Positions 1 to 13,528 of a stretch of DNA of 64,000 nt are shown here, piece by piece. The notes under the pieces were generated by a model. The model was not told the origin of the DNA. It worked only from the letters and a program-made list of their open reading frames with translations, and did no database searches. Source of the DNA: Octopus vulgaris (lineage: Eukaryota); the NCBI GenBank assembly GCA_951406725.2, contig OX597827.1, positions 70,432,001-70,496,000 on the forward strand. The letters run 5' to 3'. A program made the position numbers and the translations under genes. Every line of letters begins with the position of its first letter. Positions within the stretch are counted from its first letter, which is position 1.

Positions 1-100
1 CACCTGTTGTTCTCTCTGTTTCGGTTAAATGACTTGCTCACCCCCACCTTGCCTTTGCTGTGTCTTGACCTTCTTCTTAGTTCTCTTCCTCTATCTTTTG

Positions 101-480
101 ACTGTGTGGTAAGAAGCTTGCTTCCCAACCACACTGTTCCGAGTTCAGTCCCACTGTGGGACACCTTGGGCAAGAGCCTTGGGTCGATCAAAGCCTTGTG
201 AGTGGATTTGGTTGACAGAAACAGAAAGCAGTTCACCATATATGTGTGTGTGTTTGTGTGTGTGCATGTGTCTTTGTGCTTATCCCCTCCCCCACTGCTT
301 CACAACTGGTGTTGGTGTGTTTACGTCCCCTGTAACTTAGCAGTTCAGCAAAAGTAACCGATAGAATAAGTACCATGCTTTAAAGGAAAATAAGTACTGG
401 GTTTGAGTCATTCAACTAAAATTCACCCAGGCACAGCTCCAGCATGGCCACAGTCTAATGACTGAAACAAGTAAAGATGA
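101..480 (+). mobile_element. tRNA-derived SINE, family A (head partly truncated)
   Basis: B-box-like GAGTTCAGTCC, then CCTTGGGCAAG (CORE/V-domain-like), internal (TG)n linker and 3' end ATGACTGAAACAAGTAAA; more than 15 copies in the window. Confidence 0.8.
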
Positions 481-698
481 ATAAAAATAGATACATACAT
501 GCATATATATGTGTGTGTGTTGGGTTAGCAAGAAAATAATTTCATTTTTCACAGAGTTATGATGTTTTTGAATGACTTTTGTCAATGTTATGATTTTTTT
601 TTTCCTTTTGGCATTTGATAGCCATTACTTTTAACTTACTTTAGAAGCAAATTGCACGTAAATTTGTTTACAGCTGTTAGTTCAGTATCAATTTTAAC

Positions 699-1672
699 AT
701 GGAGTGCAAAAACGGACATTTTTCACTATATTTTGCTTTTCTATTTCCATAAAGGCAAGAAAGCTGCTGAGGCTCACATTGTGTGAGGCCTATGGTGTTG
801 ATTGCTTAACAGAACACACACGTCAGAAATGGTTTTAAAAATTCCATTCTGGAGATTTTTCACTCAAAGATGACCAACATTCTAGTCGACCTACTGAAGT
901 TGATGATGACCAAATCAAAGCCATAATTGAATCTGATTGTCAGAGAGGTTAAGTGTATCCCACACAATAATTGAAAATCACTTAAAATCCCTTGAACTCA
1001 TTAAGAAGCTTGAAAGTGATTCATTTAACACAACGAATCAATATTTACGATATGCATCTCAAACACAATGGAATCGACCTTTCTTTTTAAATGAATCATC
1101 ACTTGTGATGAAGAATGGATTGTCTACAATAACATCAATCGAAAACGATCATGGTCCAAGCATAACGAACCAGCACAAACCGCATTGAAAGCTGAATTGC
1201 ATAAAAAAAAGGTCATGCTGTCAATTTGGTGGGATTACAAAAGCATTGTGCATTTTGAGCTGCTTCTAAGGAACCAAATAATCAATTCAGATGTTTACTG
1301 TCAACAACTAATGAAACTGGGGAAAACAATCAAAGAAAAACAGCCAGAATTGGCAAATCATAAAGGAATCATGTTCCACCATGAAAACACTAGACTATAC
1401 ATGTCTTTGCTAACTTGTGAAAAATTTTTGGAGTTTGGTTGGGAAGTGATGCTACATCCACCACATAGCCCTGACCTTGCACCATCAGATTATCATTTAT
1501 TTTGAAGTTTGCAAAATTCTTTGTATAGTAAAACTTTTAATAGGGATGATGACCTGAAATTGCCCTTGCTTTAGTTTTTGGCTGATAAGGACCAGAAGTT
1601 CTATGAGTGCAGAACCATGAAGTCGTCAGAAAGATGGCAAAAGATCATTGAGCAAAATATATAATTGATTAA
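699..1672 (+). pseudogene. Mariner transposase pseudogene (frameshifts and stops)
   Basis: ORF 1185-1505 has KVMLSIWWDYKSIVHFELL and HPPHSPDLAPSDYHLF (YSPDLAPSD motif of DD34D mariners); upstream HTH-like fragments lie in other frames. Confidence 0.9.
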
Positions 1673-1737
1673 AGTTCATTTTTGTAAGATAAAAACTGAC
1701 TTTCATTTCACACTAAAAAACCGAAATTACTTTCTTA

Positions 1738-1968
1738 TTTCTTTATTGCCCACGAAGGGCTAAACATAGAGGGGACAAAGAAAGGCAGACAAAAGGATTA
1801 AGTTGATTACATTGACCCTAGTGTGTAACTGGTACTTAATTTATCGACCCCGAAAGGATGAAAGGCAAAGTCGACCTTGGCGGAATTTGAACTCAGAACG
1901 TAATGGCAGAGGAAATACCGCTAAGCATTTCGCCCGGTGTGCTAATGTTTCTGCCAGCTCGCCGCCTT
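1738..1968 (-). mobile_element. SINE family B inserted in the mariner right TIR
   Basis: Head GGCGGCGAGCTGGCAGAA..GAGTTCAAATTCC, core GCCTTTCATCCTTTCGGGGTCGATAAATTAAGTACCAG (Meta-SINE-domain-like, from memory), TSD CTTTCTTA at 1730-1737 and 1966-1973. Confidence 0.85.
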
Positions 1969-2191
1969 TCTTACCAACCCAATACACGCACACACACTCA
2001 CACACACTCTCTCTCTCTCTCTCTCTCTCTTATCCTCTCTCTCTCTCTCGCTCTCTGTTTCTATACTTCTTTCTTATTTATTAAAAAAAGCTGCTTTTGG
2101 CAAAACTTCAATGTCACAATCATACTTTTCATTGCATTGAGTCTTTTTTTTTTCCACAATTAATGTTTCTGATGTTTTTTAACATTAAGGA

Positions 2192-2272
<81 letters not shown>

Positions 2273-2324
2273 CTCTCATCCTCTCTCTCTCTCTCCCTCT
2301 CTCTGTATGTATGTATGTATGTAT

Positions 2325-2354
2325 ACTTACCTCTTTCTTTTTTATTATTTGCAG
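2325..2354 (+). promoter_or_regulatory. 3' splice acceptor of a 5'-UTR intron of SNAP-25
   Basis: Polypyrimidine tract CTCTTTCTTTTTATTATTTGCAG ending at 2354, followed by 17 nt and AAAATGG (good Kozak context). Confidence 0.7.
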
Positions 2355-2371
2355 ATTAACAAACATCCAAA

Positions 2372-3019
2372 ATGGCTGAAATGAATGGTGAGGCACCACC
2401 ACCGAAGACTGAGTTGGAGGAGATCCAGCAGAAATCTCATCAGACTACCGATGATTCGCTGGAGTCAACACGGAGGATGTTGACGATGTGTGAAGAGAGT
2501 AAAGAAGCTGGTATTCGAACCCTTGTCATGCTCGACGAACAGGGAGAGCAGTTGGATCGTATAGAGGAAGGTCTTGATCAGATCAACCAGGACATGCGAG
2601 ACGCTGAGAAAAATCTCGAAGGAATGGAGAAATGCTGTGGTCTATGCGTGCTGCCTTGGAAAAAGGGCAAGTCGTTTGAGAAGAGTGGGGATTATGCAAA
2701 CACCTGGAAAAAGGATGATGACGGCCCTACCAACACGAACGGACCAAGAATGGTGGTTGGTGATCAAAACGGCATGGGTGGACCGAGCTCTGGATACGTG
2801 ACTCGCATCACCGGTGATGCGAGAGAAGAGGAGATGGAGACCAACATCAAAGAGGTCAGTGGCATGATTGGAAATTTGAGGAACATGGCCATTGACATGG
2901 GCAACGAGATTGGGGGTCAAAACAGGCAGGTGGATCGAATCCAGCAGAAGGCCGAGTCGAACGAAACTCGTATCGACGAGGCTAACAAGCGGGCAACCAA
3001 ACTCCTCAAAGATGCGTAA
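2372..3019 (+). CDS. SNAP25: Synaptosomal-associated protein 25 (Qbc-SNARE), 215 aa, uninterrupted CDS
   Basis: [41 protein letters not shown]; Cys linker [10 protein letters not shown]; [52 protein letters not shown]; intact ORF with raised GC. Confidence 0.98.
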   Translation: MAEMNGEAPPPKTELEEIQQKSHQTTDDSLESTRRMLTMCEESKEAGIRTLVMLDEQGEQLDRIEEGLDQINQDMRDAEKNLEGMEKCCGLCVLPWKKGKSFEKSGDYANTWKKDDDGPTNTNGPRMVVGDQNGMGGPSSGYVTRITGDAREEEMETNIKEVSGMIGNLRNMAIDMGNEIGGQNRQVDRIQQKAESNETRIDEANKRATKLLKDA

Positions 3020-3336
3020 AGCTGTGGAGGAGGCGATGAAGATATTGAAGAAAAAGCAAAAAAAACAAAACGAAACAAAGCATAAAAATAAAATGAAAAT
3101 AAAAAACAAAAAAAATATAGAAAACAAAAGCAAAATATTCCACATTCAACTACATCGACAATAACATCAGCAACAAACACTTATTAATTTGTTCTAGTCT
3201 ATGCTACTGTGAATAAAACTTTGAATGTGATCCGAACTGAGGCAAATTACACACGCATACATACATACATACATACATACATACACATGCTCACTCACTC
3301 TCATATATACATACATACACTCCAACATACATACAG

Positions 3337-3376
<40 letters not shown>

Positions 3377-4127
3377 GTACTTACATATGCTTGCATAGAT
3401 GCATATCCAGTTCCACTGCATTTAAAATTGCACCACATCTGCATACATCGCATCATACCCAAGCGTATACATAACAGCACAACACACACACACACACACA
3501 CACAAACACACACATACATTCCTGAATGCTTAAACACACACATGTCACAATCACACCATCTGTGCACACTCACTAACATCAGTTTCCAGTATTTTCTTTT
3601 CATCTTTTTTTTTCTTCCTCTAATGAAACATTCCGAAGGTTAGAAAAAAAAAAAATAATGGAAAAAAAAGAAAAATTAACTAAAAAAAAAAATCGAAGAG
3701 AAAAAAAAACATGAATTTGAAATTTTTTTTCTTTAAATTCTTTTATGTTTAATTGTTATCAATAAATATATACTCCCCCCCACCGTCCCCCCTGCCATTT
3801 GAAAGAAAGCAATCCCTTCCATCCCTTCCCCCCACCTCAGAGGACTACAGTAACAACAACAACAGTTGACTCTGCAATGATGTTGATGCCAGTTGTTATA
3901 ATAGTGTAAACACTGATTTAATTAATGTTGTTGTTGTTGTCATTGTCGACGGCAACACACACACACACACGGACTACATTTTAAACCCCTCCCTTCCCTC
4001 CCCCGTACACTACCTTCCTGTCTCCTTTAAACGATGACGCCGACGCCAATGATGATGATGATGGTGATGCTGATGATGGTGTAGTTAAGTTTCATTTGGG
4101 GTTAAGTGGGCGGGTGCAGGATTGACC

Positions 4128-4130
<3 letters not shown>

Positions 4131-4196
<66 letters not shown>
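4131..4196. repeat. Perfect (AT)n microsatellite, about 33 units
   Basis: Direct reading; many other (AT)n, (CA)n, (CT)n and (ATT)n tracts occur throughout. Confidence 0.95.
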
Positions 4197-4199
<3 letters not shown>

Positions 4200-5304
4200 T
4201 AACAATAAACGATTAGCCAGTTGTGCAGAGTAACCTTTCCTTGCATTGATGATGGCAACAACAACAACAACAACAAGACAGTAACAGTAATATCGCCATC
4301 ATCACCACCACTATCAACAACTTCTCGACACCTGTTTCAAGCAGACCCTACCCACCACCCTTACTTTTCACTGTCATGCTACACTGCTTCACTCCATATC
4401 CCCTTCACAATTCTATTTACTACGTTATACACACACATACCATTCAGCCACACAGCTACTCCATCAGCACTGGCAAATTTGGTTTGTCTTCATGATCAAT
4501 CAGTTAAGATAGTAGGATGATGGAAGGGCTTCGGATGTGACATATGACGTAGTTAAGTTTAGTGTCCCCTCGCCCCCCATTATAGATTTTTGGAGTCAGA
4601 TAGAGTTGGGAGATTTATTCTCCCTGCCCACTCTGCACTCCATTTTGTATTTTTTTTTTTAACATTATTTTTAACGATTATAATTAATAATGTAATGATT
4701 TTTTTTGATTTTTTTAAAAATAAATTTTTTTATTTTTGATAATAATTCTCTTAGTTTTTAATAACTGATCTCTCTATATATATGTATATATATATGTGTA
4801 TGTATATATATATATATTTGTATATATATATATATATATATAAACAAACATTATTCAAGATATATATATATATTTGTATTTAGATTAAATAATGTTTGTT
4901 TTTTTTGGTTTTAATAATGATGAGGATAATAATAATTATGATATTTTTTAGATGATGATGATGATAATATTAATAATTAACTTAATAAGAATTCAATATT
5001 GATCATGACTTAATCCTGTTTTTCTGCACTCCTTTCCTTCGTACCAATCTGGTATTGTATCAAATTACAAATAGATAATTATCTTCGGTGTTTGAGCTTC
5101 TTTTTTGTTTTGTTTTGTTTTGTTTTCTTTTCTTTTCTTTTTATTTTATTAAGGCAAAGTGGAAAGGCATAGGAAATAATGGTCATCACATCTCATTTTA
5201 TTTTATTTTTCGTAAATAATTTTTTTTTTTTATTATATTTTAAGAACTTGTTTAAAAATATAAAGAAATAATAAGAATTTTTTGTTTTTGTCACAAGGCC
5301 AGCA

Positions 5305-8300
5305 AGAAAAATAATAATAATAATAATAATGATAATAATAATGATGATGATTCCTTCCTTATTGGCCTCAAGGGCTTCATGCAAAAACAAAAGGTCAATA
5401 CAACGTAAGAGAATAAGGATTTACAGGTAGCATGTCTAAACAACAACAACAAAAATGATTAACAATATAAGCATATTAATAAAATTCTTCAAAAGGAGGG
5501 TAGCTCCACCCTGGGTCACCTAGGTACCTAACATATTCTGGACACTCCAATCTCCAAGGGCACCTCAAGCAGGCACCCTTCTCCTTTCTACTCCCTCCAG
5601 CCTACAGTTGCATGCTCAGAGTAGGCTCGTTCACACAGGCCATCCTCACCACATTCACTTACTTTTCAACAAAAATTACTGAGGCAGGGGGCAGCACTTC
5701 CCTCTCCATCCTGACTTTCCTTTTCAAGAAGAACTTGAAAAAGTCAATGAGGGCTTGACTAAAGAGGAAAGTGTCTGTCTTCAGTCCTTTCGACCTTGTC
5801 TGCCACACTATCTCTTTTGTCTTAGCCACCAGACAGAAAAACTGTGTGCCCTTTCTGGCCAAAAGAAGGCAATTGGGGCTATCCTCTTGATGGACTCGGC
5901 TAATAATCAGATCTGCCCTCCATATGACAACAGCTGTTTGATAAAGCTCTACAAGTTGGCTATCTCTTGAGATTGGATGAAGTGCATGCAGAACAGTTTC
6001 ATTGCTCTGTATGCATCTCAGACAGCACTTCCATGCCCGTAGAGCTTGCCTCAAACTGGCAAAATCCCCAGTAGCACAAACCAGGCCAGGGATTTTTAGT
6101 AATTATCCATGGGCCCCAGCACTAAAGTCCTCTGGAAAAGACCAGCCAATGTCTGTGCATCATTAGCTACAGCATCCCCAGTCCTACACTTAGTGGTTGC
6201 TGACAGCAAATGGACCATTCTTTCTAGAGAAACTGAAGAGTAAGTGCTCCAGCTTGACCAGCAATAAAGCAGGGCAAAGGACGATCGTTAGATAGTAGTA
6301 AATGAAGGAGGTGGTGCATGCATTTGTTACCTCTGCTCAACCTTTCAGAGACTGCTTCCTCTCACCCCATTTCTGGGTGTGACTGGCCACCCTTCTCTTC
6401 ACCCTCCCCCAGTTCTTGTCTACCTGGAGGCCTGGATCAAACCAGGCCCCAAGCAATTTAACTGGTCCTTCCATCCAGTGCCCTATGATGCTGTTGGGTG
6501 ACATGGGCCTGCCTTTCCAGGTGTTGAGCTGCAGGTCTACTGACTTTTGGTTAGTCTTTGCTCCTGCCACTACTTTGTACTCTTTCAGGGTAGTACCAAT
6601 CACTTTGATGTCTGACATTATTATAGTGATGTTCTCTGCATAATCTGACACAAAACTTTTGCATCCTAGTTCACATGAGATGCCCCTCGAAACATCCAGC
6701 TTCTGTAGTAATGGCTTGAGAGCCAGCACATCCAGAAGGGGAAAGAGAGGGCATCCTTGACTGACAGAATGTGATGTTAAATGATTCTGATATGTGGCCA
6801 TTTGCTTTGACTACTGAGCAGATGTCACTGTGCACTGCTGTAGTTCAACCTCTGAAAATGTGACTGAAGCCCACTGCCAAGTATTGATGGTCAACTCTGT
6901 TAAAAGCTTTTGATTGATCCATGTTGATCAGGCCTCCACCCATGCTGGGTTTCTTACCCTCTTTATGATGTACTGTGTGGAGTGGAGGTGGTCGTAGATA
7001 GATCTGTTTGGGATAGTGCATCACCGACCAGTCTATCCACGACAAGTGCTAGCCTCTCGGTTATCATCCGGGTCAAATCCTTGTAATAGTTACCCATTTT
7101 TGGGGTCCTTTCTCAGCAGCACTACCACACCTTGGCTCACAAGACTGAGAATACTTTCAGTCAGCTGCCAGTTGCAGTAGACATCTGCCAAGAGATCACT
7201 GAATGAATCTGGTGTAGGAAGATAAAGCTTGGAGAGTAAACCATCCAACCTCGGAGATTTCTCCCTTGTGCAGCTAGTCCTCACATCACATACATCTTAA
7301 GCTGTTATCAGCATTTCACAGAACTCTGCATCCCCAGCAGAAAGCCACAGCAGGCCATTGAAGCGGGAGGTAAAATCCACCCTCATCTCTGACCCACTGT
7401 GTGCCCTGTACAGTTCAGCAAAGTGCTACTGAAATACAGCACACATTTGCTTGGATTCGAGTAGCAAGTGCCCATCCTATCACATGAAAGACCGAATTGT
7501 AGTTTTGTTGCCATGTTGCACCTCTACTAGCCAGGCCCATTGAACAGCTATCATTTCCTCATGTTTTAGAACATATACCCTAGTTCTGACAGCATGACTT
7601 TTGTTCTTGACATTGAAGATTTGGTCAAGAACCAATCTTACTTCCAGCACATTGTTTGTGTTGCCTTTCCTAAGTACCTCTTCTAGCTTCCTAACTACGT
7701 TGCCCTCTATACTAGACTTCTCTATCACTATTTCTTTACTAAACCCTAATGCCTAGCCTCTTTTGGGTCTACCATCAGTTGTTGACAATTGTGCTGGTCA
7801 ACTTCCAAAGGACTAACTTGCTAAATTGGTTTCTGAAAACTTGATGCATCAGGAACGATGCATTCAGCTTCCAGTATCTGGGGCCCTGCCTATAGAGCCT
7901 ATGTGGTTCAACTATACAGATCATAAGTTTGTGGTTTGTGTAGCTGACAACTTTAAATTGTTGACAACCTATGCTGTTTCCTCTACTGGCCTACAGAATA
8001 CTCTACCAAGATATGATCTGGATGATCCAATGCTATTTGCCCATGTTCACATTGGTGCATTCAGGAAATCCAGTTGATATCTGTTAGCCAGTTCAAAGTG
8101 ACTTAGGTTTGTGAGGCTCTTCTATCAGTTAGCCCCACACAATCCAAGTGTGCATCCAAGATAGCATTCCATTCATCCCATAGCACTAAAGAGCTAGATG
8201 TCCCAAGAAAAACTGCCAAACATAAAGAAATCTGGCTGCCTTACCTCAGTTGGGGCATACATTATGACTAGTTTAAAAGTACCACCTTCACTATTGCTCA

Positions 8301-9122
8301 TTCACAACCTCTGACTTACCATCTGGATCTAGAAAGATCATCTGTGCCTTGAGATCCAGGCATTTCCTAAACAGTGCTGCCGCCCTGCCTCCTGTTTCAG
8401 GTTGACTAAGAGATGCAAAGATCACAAAGTCATCAAAAACGGGGGCTACTGTGCAGATGTTTGAAATCCTGGTCTCACTGACAGCTGTTGCATCTATCGC
8501 TAGTGACCTGAGGTCATTGGGCAAGTGACCTTGCTTTCAGAATGACCCCAGACCATGTGCATTTATATAGCGTACTCTAATTACCACATTGGCTGGAAAG
8601 AGTTGAGAGAAAAGAAAAGACTGGGTTTACTTACCCTCCCAGTGCTGTTAGAGCATAGGTGGTCCAACTTTCGTATCTGGTTGGGGTTCCTTTGGGAACC
8701 CCTATGAAAGCCTACTGGGTGGCTGTGGTAGTGTCGGTGGTATTGGTAGTTGAAGCAATGGGTCTGTTGATGATTGTGATGCTGGTGGGGTTGATGTCAA
8801 TATGATTGTATTTTTCATGAGCACATTTTCCGTGTTTTCTGGTTTGTGTGTGTGTGTTTTGATATGAGGTAAGATGATTTGTGTGTTTTCTGGGTATTTT
8901 TTTCCCCAGTTTTTTAGGTTCCTTTTCATCTTTACTTTATTGTTATCATTACCACTGCCTTTGCCAGTTGACTTGCAATCACTTTTCAGTGGAGTGAGTG
9001 TAGGAAGGAGTTGGAAGTGTTCAGCTGTGAGCTGGCGAGAGAAAGGGTTTTCCCTTTCAATATTTTTATGATGGGCATTGTTGATGCTGTCTTGTATACA
9101 GATTTTTTTCTAATACTAACTG
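5305..9122 (-). mobile_element. Degenerate Tx1/L1-clade LINE (ORF1 end, APE-RT ORF2, 3' UTR with (ATT)n tail)
   Basis: Minus-strand fragments: INAHGLG..AVSETR (APE), KSPRLDGL, INMDQSKAFNRVDHQYL, SVSQGCPLFPLL, YAENIT (for YADDIT), CLRC..ETVLHAL (C-terminal Zn knuckle); many stops and frameshifts. Confidence 0.9.
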
Positions 9123-9750
9123 AGCATTTTTTTGGGTGGGGAGTAAAATATTATCCCTCAAGGAGCAAAAGCAACCACAAAACACTAGCCATAAGATTCC
9201 TGATGCGCTTAATAACAAATTAGAATTAAAAATTTTACTCATAAAACAATATCAAACAGGCAAAAACAATGATTTTAACAGAGAGACTTATTCAGCATGG
9301 TTAAAAATACATCCAAACTATTTCACAGCAAGTAATAATAATGAATACAATAGTGATTCTTACATAGTCATAAGGCATAACAATTTTGTGAGGGGAAGTG
9401 AACTGTTGATTGTATCAGCACTGGTACTTAAATGGCATTTTATTTTATTGACCGGAAAAGGGGATAAAAAGCAAAAGTTGATGACCAGAACATAAAAGCA
9501 CTATGAGATACTTTGTCACTCTAACAATTCTGCCTCTGGCAGCAATGGTGGTACATCAGACAAGATGCCACAGAGTACTTAGTTACTTAGTTGTGTTCTT
9601 CTACATTCTGAGTTCAAATACTACTAAAACTAACTTTGACATTTTTCCTCTCAAAGGTCTATGAAATGAAGTACCAATTAAATACTGGTGTTGATTCAGT
9701 TCACTAACACTCTCCTCCTGAATTTCTGGTCTTGTGCCATTATTAGAACC

Positions 9751-9794
<44 letters not shown>

Positions 9795-9795
<1 letters not shown>

Positions 9796-10190
9796 AAGGT
9801 GGTGAGCTGGCAGAATTGTTAGCATATGTTGGACAAAATGTTTTGCGGTATTCGCATTCTGAGTTCAAATTTTGCTGGGGTCAACTTTGCCTTTCATCCT
9901 TCCAGGGTCGATAAATTAAGTACCAGTGAAACACTGGGGGGGTCAATGTAATCGACTAGTCCCCTCCCCCCAAATTTCAGACCTTGTGCCTTTAGTAGGA
10001 AGGATTATTATCATCATTATCATTATTATTATTATTATTTGTTTTGTTTTGATTCCACTGAGGTCGACTTTGCCTCTCATCCTTTCGAGGTCGATGAAAT
10101 AAGTACCAGTTACACACTGGGGTCAATATAATTGACTAGGCCCCCTTTTCCCCATAATTTTCAAGGCCTTGTACCTAGAGTAGAAATAAT
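9795..10190 (+). mobile_element. Two family-B-related SINE copies with an alternative tail (CCTTGTGCC..GGATTATT)
   Basis: Family B head and core followed by CCCCTCCCCCCAAATTTCAGACCTTGTGCC. Confidence 0.7.
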
Positions 10191-10716
10191 TATGTTTTGT
10201 TATGTTTTAACCTTTTCCCCCCCAATGACTTGCTCTATTGTAGCACCACAGGCTCTTTCTTTCTTTCTTTCTTTTTTTTTTTTTTTTTTGCCGTTTCCTT
10301 CAGATTCCTAAAATTTAGCTCTTTGATAAAGAACTGTACAGCTCTACCTCTCCGACAAATATTCTACCCGCCTCCCCCCTCACCAACTTTTCTTCCTTAT
10401 CGCTTTTGAATGCTAGTAATAATAAGGATAATGACAATGACAGTGATGATGGTGATGGTGATGGTGATGTCTGTGATGAAGATACGCAGCAACCGTAGCA
10501 AACATTGCGGATGTGGCAAATATTATTATTATTATTATTATTTGTTTCAATTTTTGTGATTCAGATATTCTTAACCCGTCAGCAGAAAGGTTGGTCCTGG
10601 AAGATCCATGAATAAATATTGGGTTTATTTAGAAAAGAAACATGGCTTCTCAATACCAAGGCCACTTTTTTTGCTCATCGTCATCATCATCATCACCAGC
10701 AGTACCAACATCATCA

Positions 10717-10748
<32 letters not shown>

Positions 10749-11640
10749 TTTTTTTTTTTAATGGGTAGTTGTGATGTTCATTGCATCTCCCAAATACTCT
10801 ATCAGTACAACTGAACTTAATACTCCTGTAGAATGGTATAAACTGCACAGAGCCCTCGTTTGACATTGCCCTCCCCCCCCTCTCCCACCGTTAATTTATT
10901 ACATCGGGCCTATGCCACATCTCATCTTCCTTCTTTTTCCTCCTCCTCCTCCTCCTCGTCGTTGTTGTTGTTGTTGTTGTTGTTGCTGTTTTTGTTATTG
11001 CTGCACTTCTTTTTCCGTCTCTTCTTATTTTTATTATCATTAATTTATGAAGACTGATGAAATTCTTCACAAAGATAAAAATATGCAATTAGAAGAGCGC
11101 AATACGTTATGTAATAAAATACAGATTGAACTTTGTTTTATTAAACTGAACAGTATTTCCATTTCAACTGTACATCCATATTCTTCAGGTTCAAAAGTAG
11201 AAAATGAAAAATTCAAAATCAATCTATGTTTTTTTATTACATAACATACAGCACTTTTTCCAATTGTGCATCATCATCATTATTATTATTATCATTATCA
11301 TCATTATTATTATTATTATAATTATTATTTATTATTATTATTTATTATTATTGTTGTCGTCATCATCATCATCATCATCATCATCGTCATCATTCTGGTT
11401 ACTTTGAAATTTAGATAATGTGAAAAAGAAAAAAAAAATCAACAACAAAACAGAGCGAATTCATTATCGAAATGGTATGTAATAATAGAAAGGTTTGACA
11501 TGAAGGAAAGTTAAGATGTTGGCTATGGGCTTGTAGCTGATATGAAATTTTAATTTTTAATTTCATATTTCTTCTTTAAACTATGACATTGTTTCAAGTG
11601 TTTTGTTATTAATTTTTGTGGTCCTTTGAAGATGTATCAT

Positions 11641-11699
<59 letters not shown>

Positions 11700-12159
11700 A
11701 GAACAAACCAACTGGGATGCTCTGAGGAGTTGAATAATGTGTATATGTGTTTGTATATATGTGTATGCGTGGGGGTGTTAACCACACACATATTCATGGG
11801 CACATAACCACATAGATAGCAAACTTGTGTTGCCATCATTTGGTTCAAAGATCAATCCTGCTGCACGGCACCTTGGAGACTACAGTCTTTCTTCTACTTT
11901 GGCTTTGGTTTGACTGAAGCCTGGGTAGACAATAAAATCTATGCAGAAGTCCACCAGAGGGTTTTTCCTGTATTTTGAGCACCCAGCTTTGTCATGTAGA
12001 GTCTGCCAGAGGATTACATTAAGGGTACAAGTGTCTGGAGCCCTCAGCCACTTAGGTTACAGTTCATTAATTAAGCAATAAGTACATCTGTTCATCATAA
12101 ATGATGACAGTGTCTGTCCATTAATAACAGATATATATTTTGTGTACAGATAATAATTA

Positions 12160-12502
12160 TACAGATTTTTCTTTAATTACTTTTTAGTTTGATGACAGAA
12201 GTCTGTGAAAATAGCATTCTTAGGTTCTGAGATTCAATGACCAGGTATCTAATACAAGTTTTTTTTACAGAAGCACTGGCTCCTGTGAATGGAACCCAGT
12301 ATATACAGATGGTGTTTATTAACTAAGCAGGCATTGTTTAACTCTGTAACACTTAGATTTTTCTGTCATATGTAATAATTATTTATTCACATTGATAAGA
12401 ACTAGTCATGCATTATCTTGTAGCTTTGAGATTTTGGTGATGCAATTGTTTATTTTTAGAATTATATTGTAGGGTAAGTGTGAGAGACCAAATCTGGTCA
12501 GT
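12160..12502 (+). repeat. Local duplication, copy 1 (copy 2 at 16176-16517)
   Basis: About 343 bp near-identical by eye, covering unique sequence plus part of a MITE. Confidence 0.9.
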
Positions 12503-12563
12503 TTGAAGATAAAACGGGGAGAGTATTTTGGCTGGACGTGGCCGGATTAAATGCTAAAGGGTT
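12338..12563. mobile_element. piggyBac-like MITE family (TTAA-CCCTTT...AAAGGG-TTAA); related copies at ~34250-34661, 42045-42272, 43163-43390, 52581-53365
   Basis: Termini related to TTAACCCTTTAG / ATGCTAAAGGGTTAA (clearest at 43163-43390) and a shared interior. Confidence 0.7.
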
Positions 12564-13470
12564 GATGTGTATCATTGTTGCTGGTTAGTGTAATGTCTAA
12601 GTTTGTGTTCCTGTAGTTCTTTAAAAAGGAAATTTAAAAAAAAAAAAACGGTACCGCCCACAGTAACAAAAGAGAAACAAATGGTTCGGATATTGCATAT
12701 CCTGTTATGTTTTGTTGATTGATTATAGGTGTGTCTGAAGGTAAGACATTCATCACATCTGCATGTTTGCATATGTTCAAATTCATCTCTACATGTGCAC
12801 GCCACCACCATCACTACATGATTTCACTAGCACACCGACATTCACAGGTTCACTTGCACCATCAGTGTTCTCTACACACTCACACACACATACAATATTT
12901 ACACATTCATTCAATACAAGGACAATACTTGCAGGAACTATGAAACAGAGAAAATCTGACAGCAGTTTTTCAATGAAAAAAAACACTTGCTATTCTTCAC
13001 TTCCACCGCCACCCCCTTGTCTCTCTCTCACTCTCACTCCAACAACAGATGATTCTTGTTTCTTTCTTTCACCCCACTCCCAATATTTCATCAACAGAAA
13101 GAAATCGAAGACTGGTCTTGTAATATCTAAAAGCAAGAAACTGACTGGGCTATGGTGAAAAAGATAGCAGTCAAGCTCATAGATTAAGATAATAGATGTT
13201 ACCAAAGGAAATTGTACGTAGGATTTAACACTAAACAATTCAATGAAGATATGATAAAAGAAGACCAAAAAAACCCAAAAGATAATGTATATAGGATAAG
13301 GGATAATTGCTAAGCCTACTTACTTTTAGATGGAAATTCTAGAAAGTTTATTGAAATATGGAAAATAGAATGAAAGGCAATTAAGAAAAATAAGAGAAAA
13401 ATTGAACTTCAAGCAATGTTTGAATAAATTATTTTATTCTCCATTCCCTGTATTCCATATGATTTTGATG

Positions 13471-13528
<58 letters not shown>

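Larger units (their letters stand above)
520..1982 (+). mobile_element. Decayed Tc1/mariner DNA transposon (mariner, Hsmar1/cecropia-like TIR)
   Basis: Left TIR TTGGGTTAGCAAGAAAATAATTTC (520); right TIR GAAATTACTTTCTT..ACCAACCCAA followed by TA, split by a SINE; encloses a transposase relic. Confidence 0.9.

Noticed and set aside
2642-3164. ORFs overlapping or antisense to SNAP-25
   Set aside because: Shadow ORFs from codon structure and the A-rich UTR.
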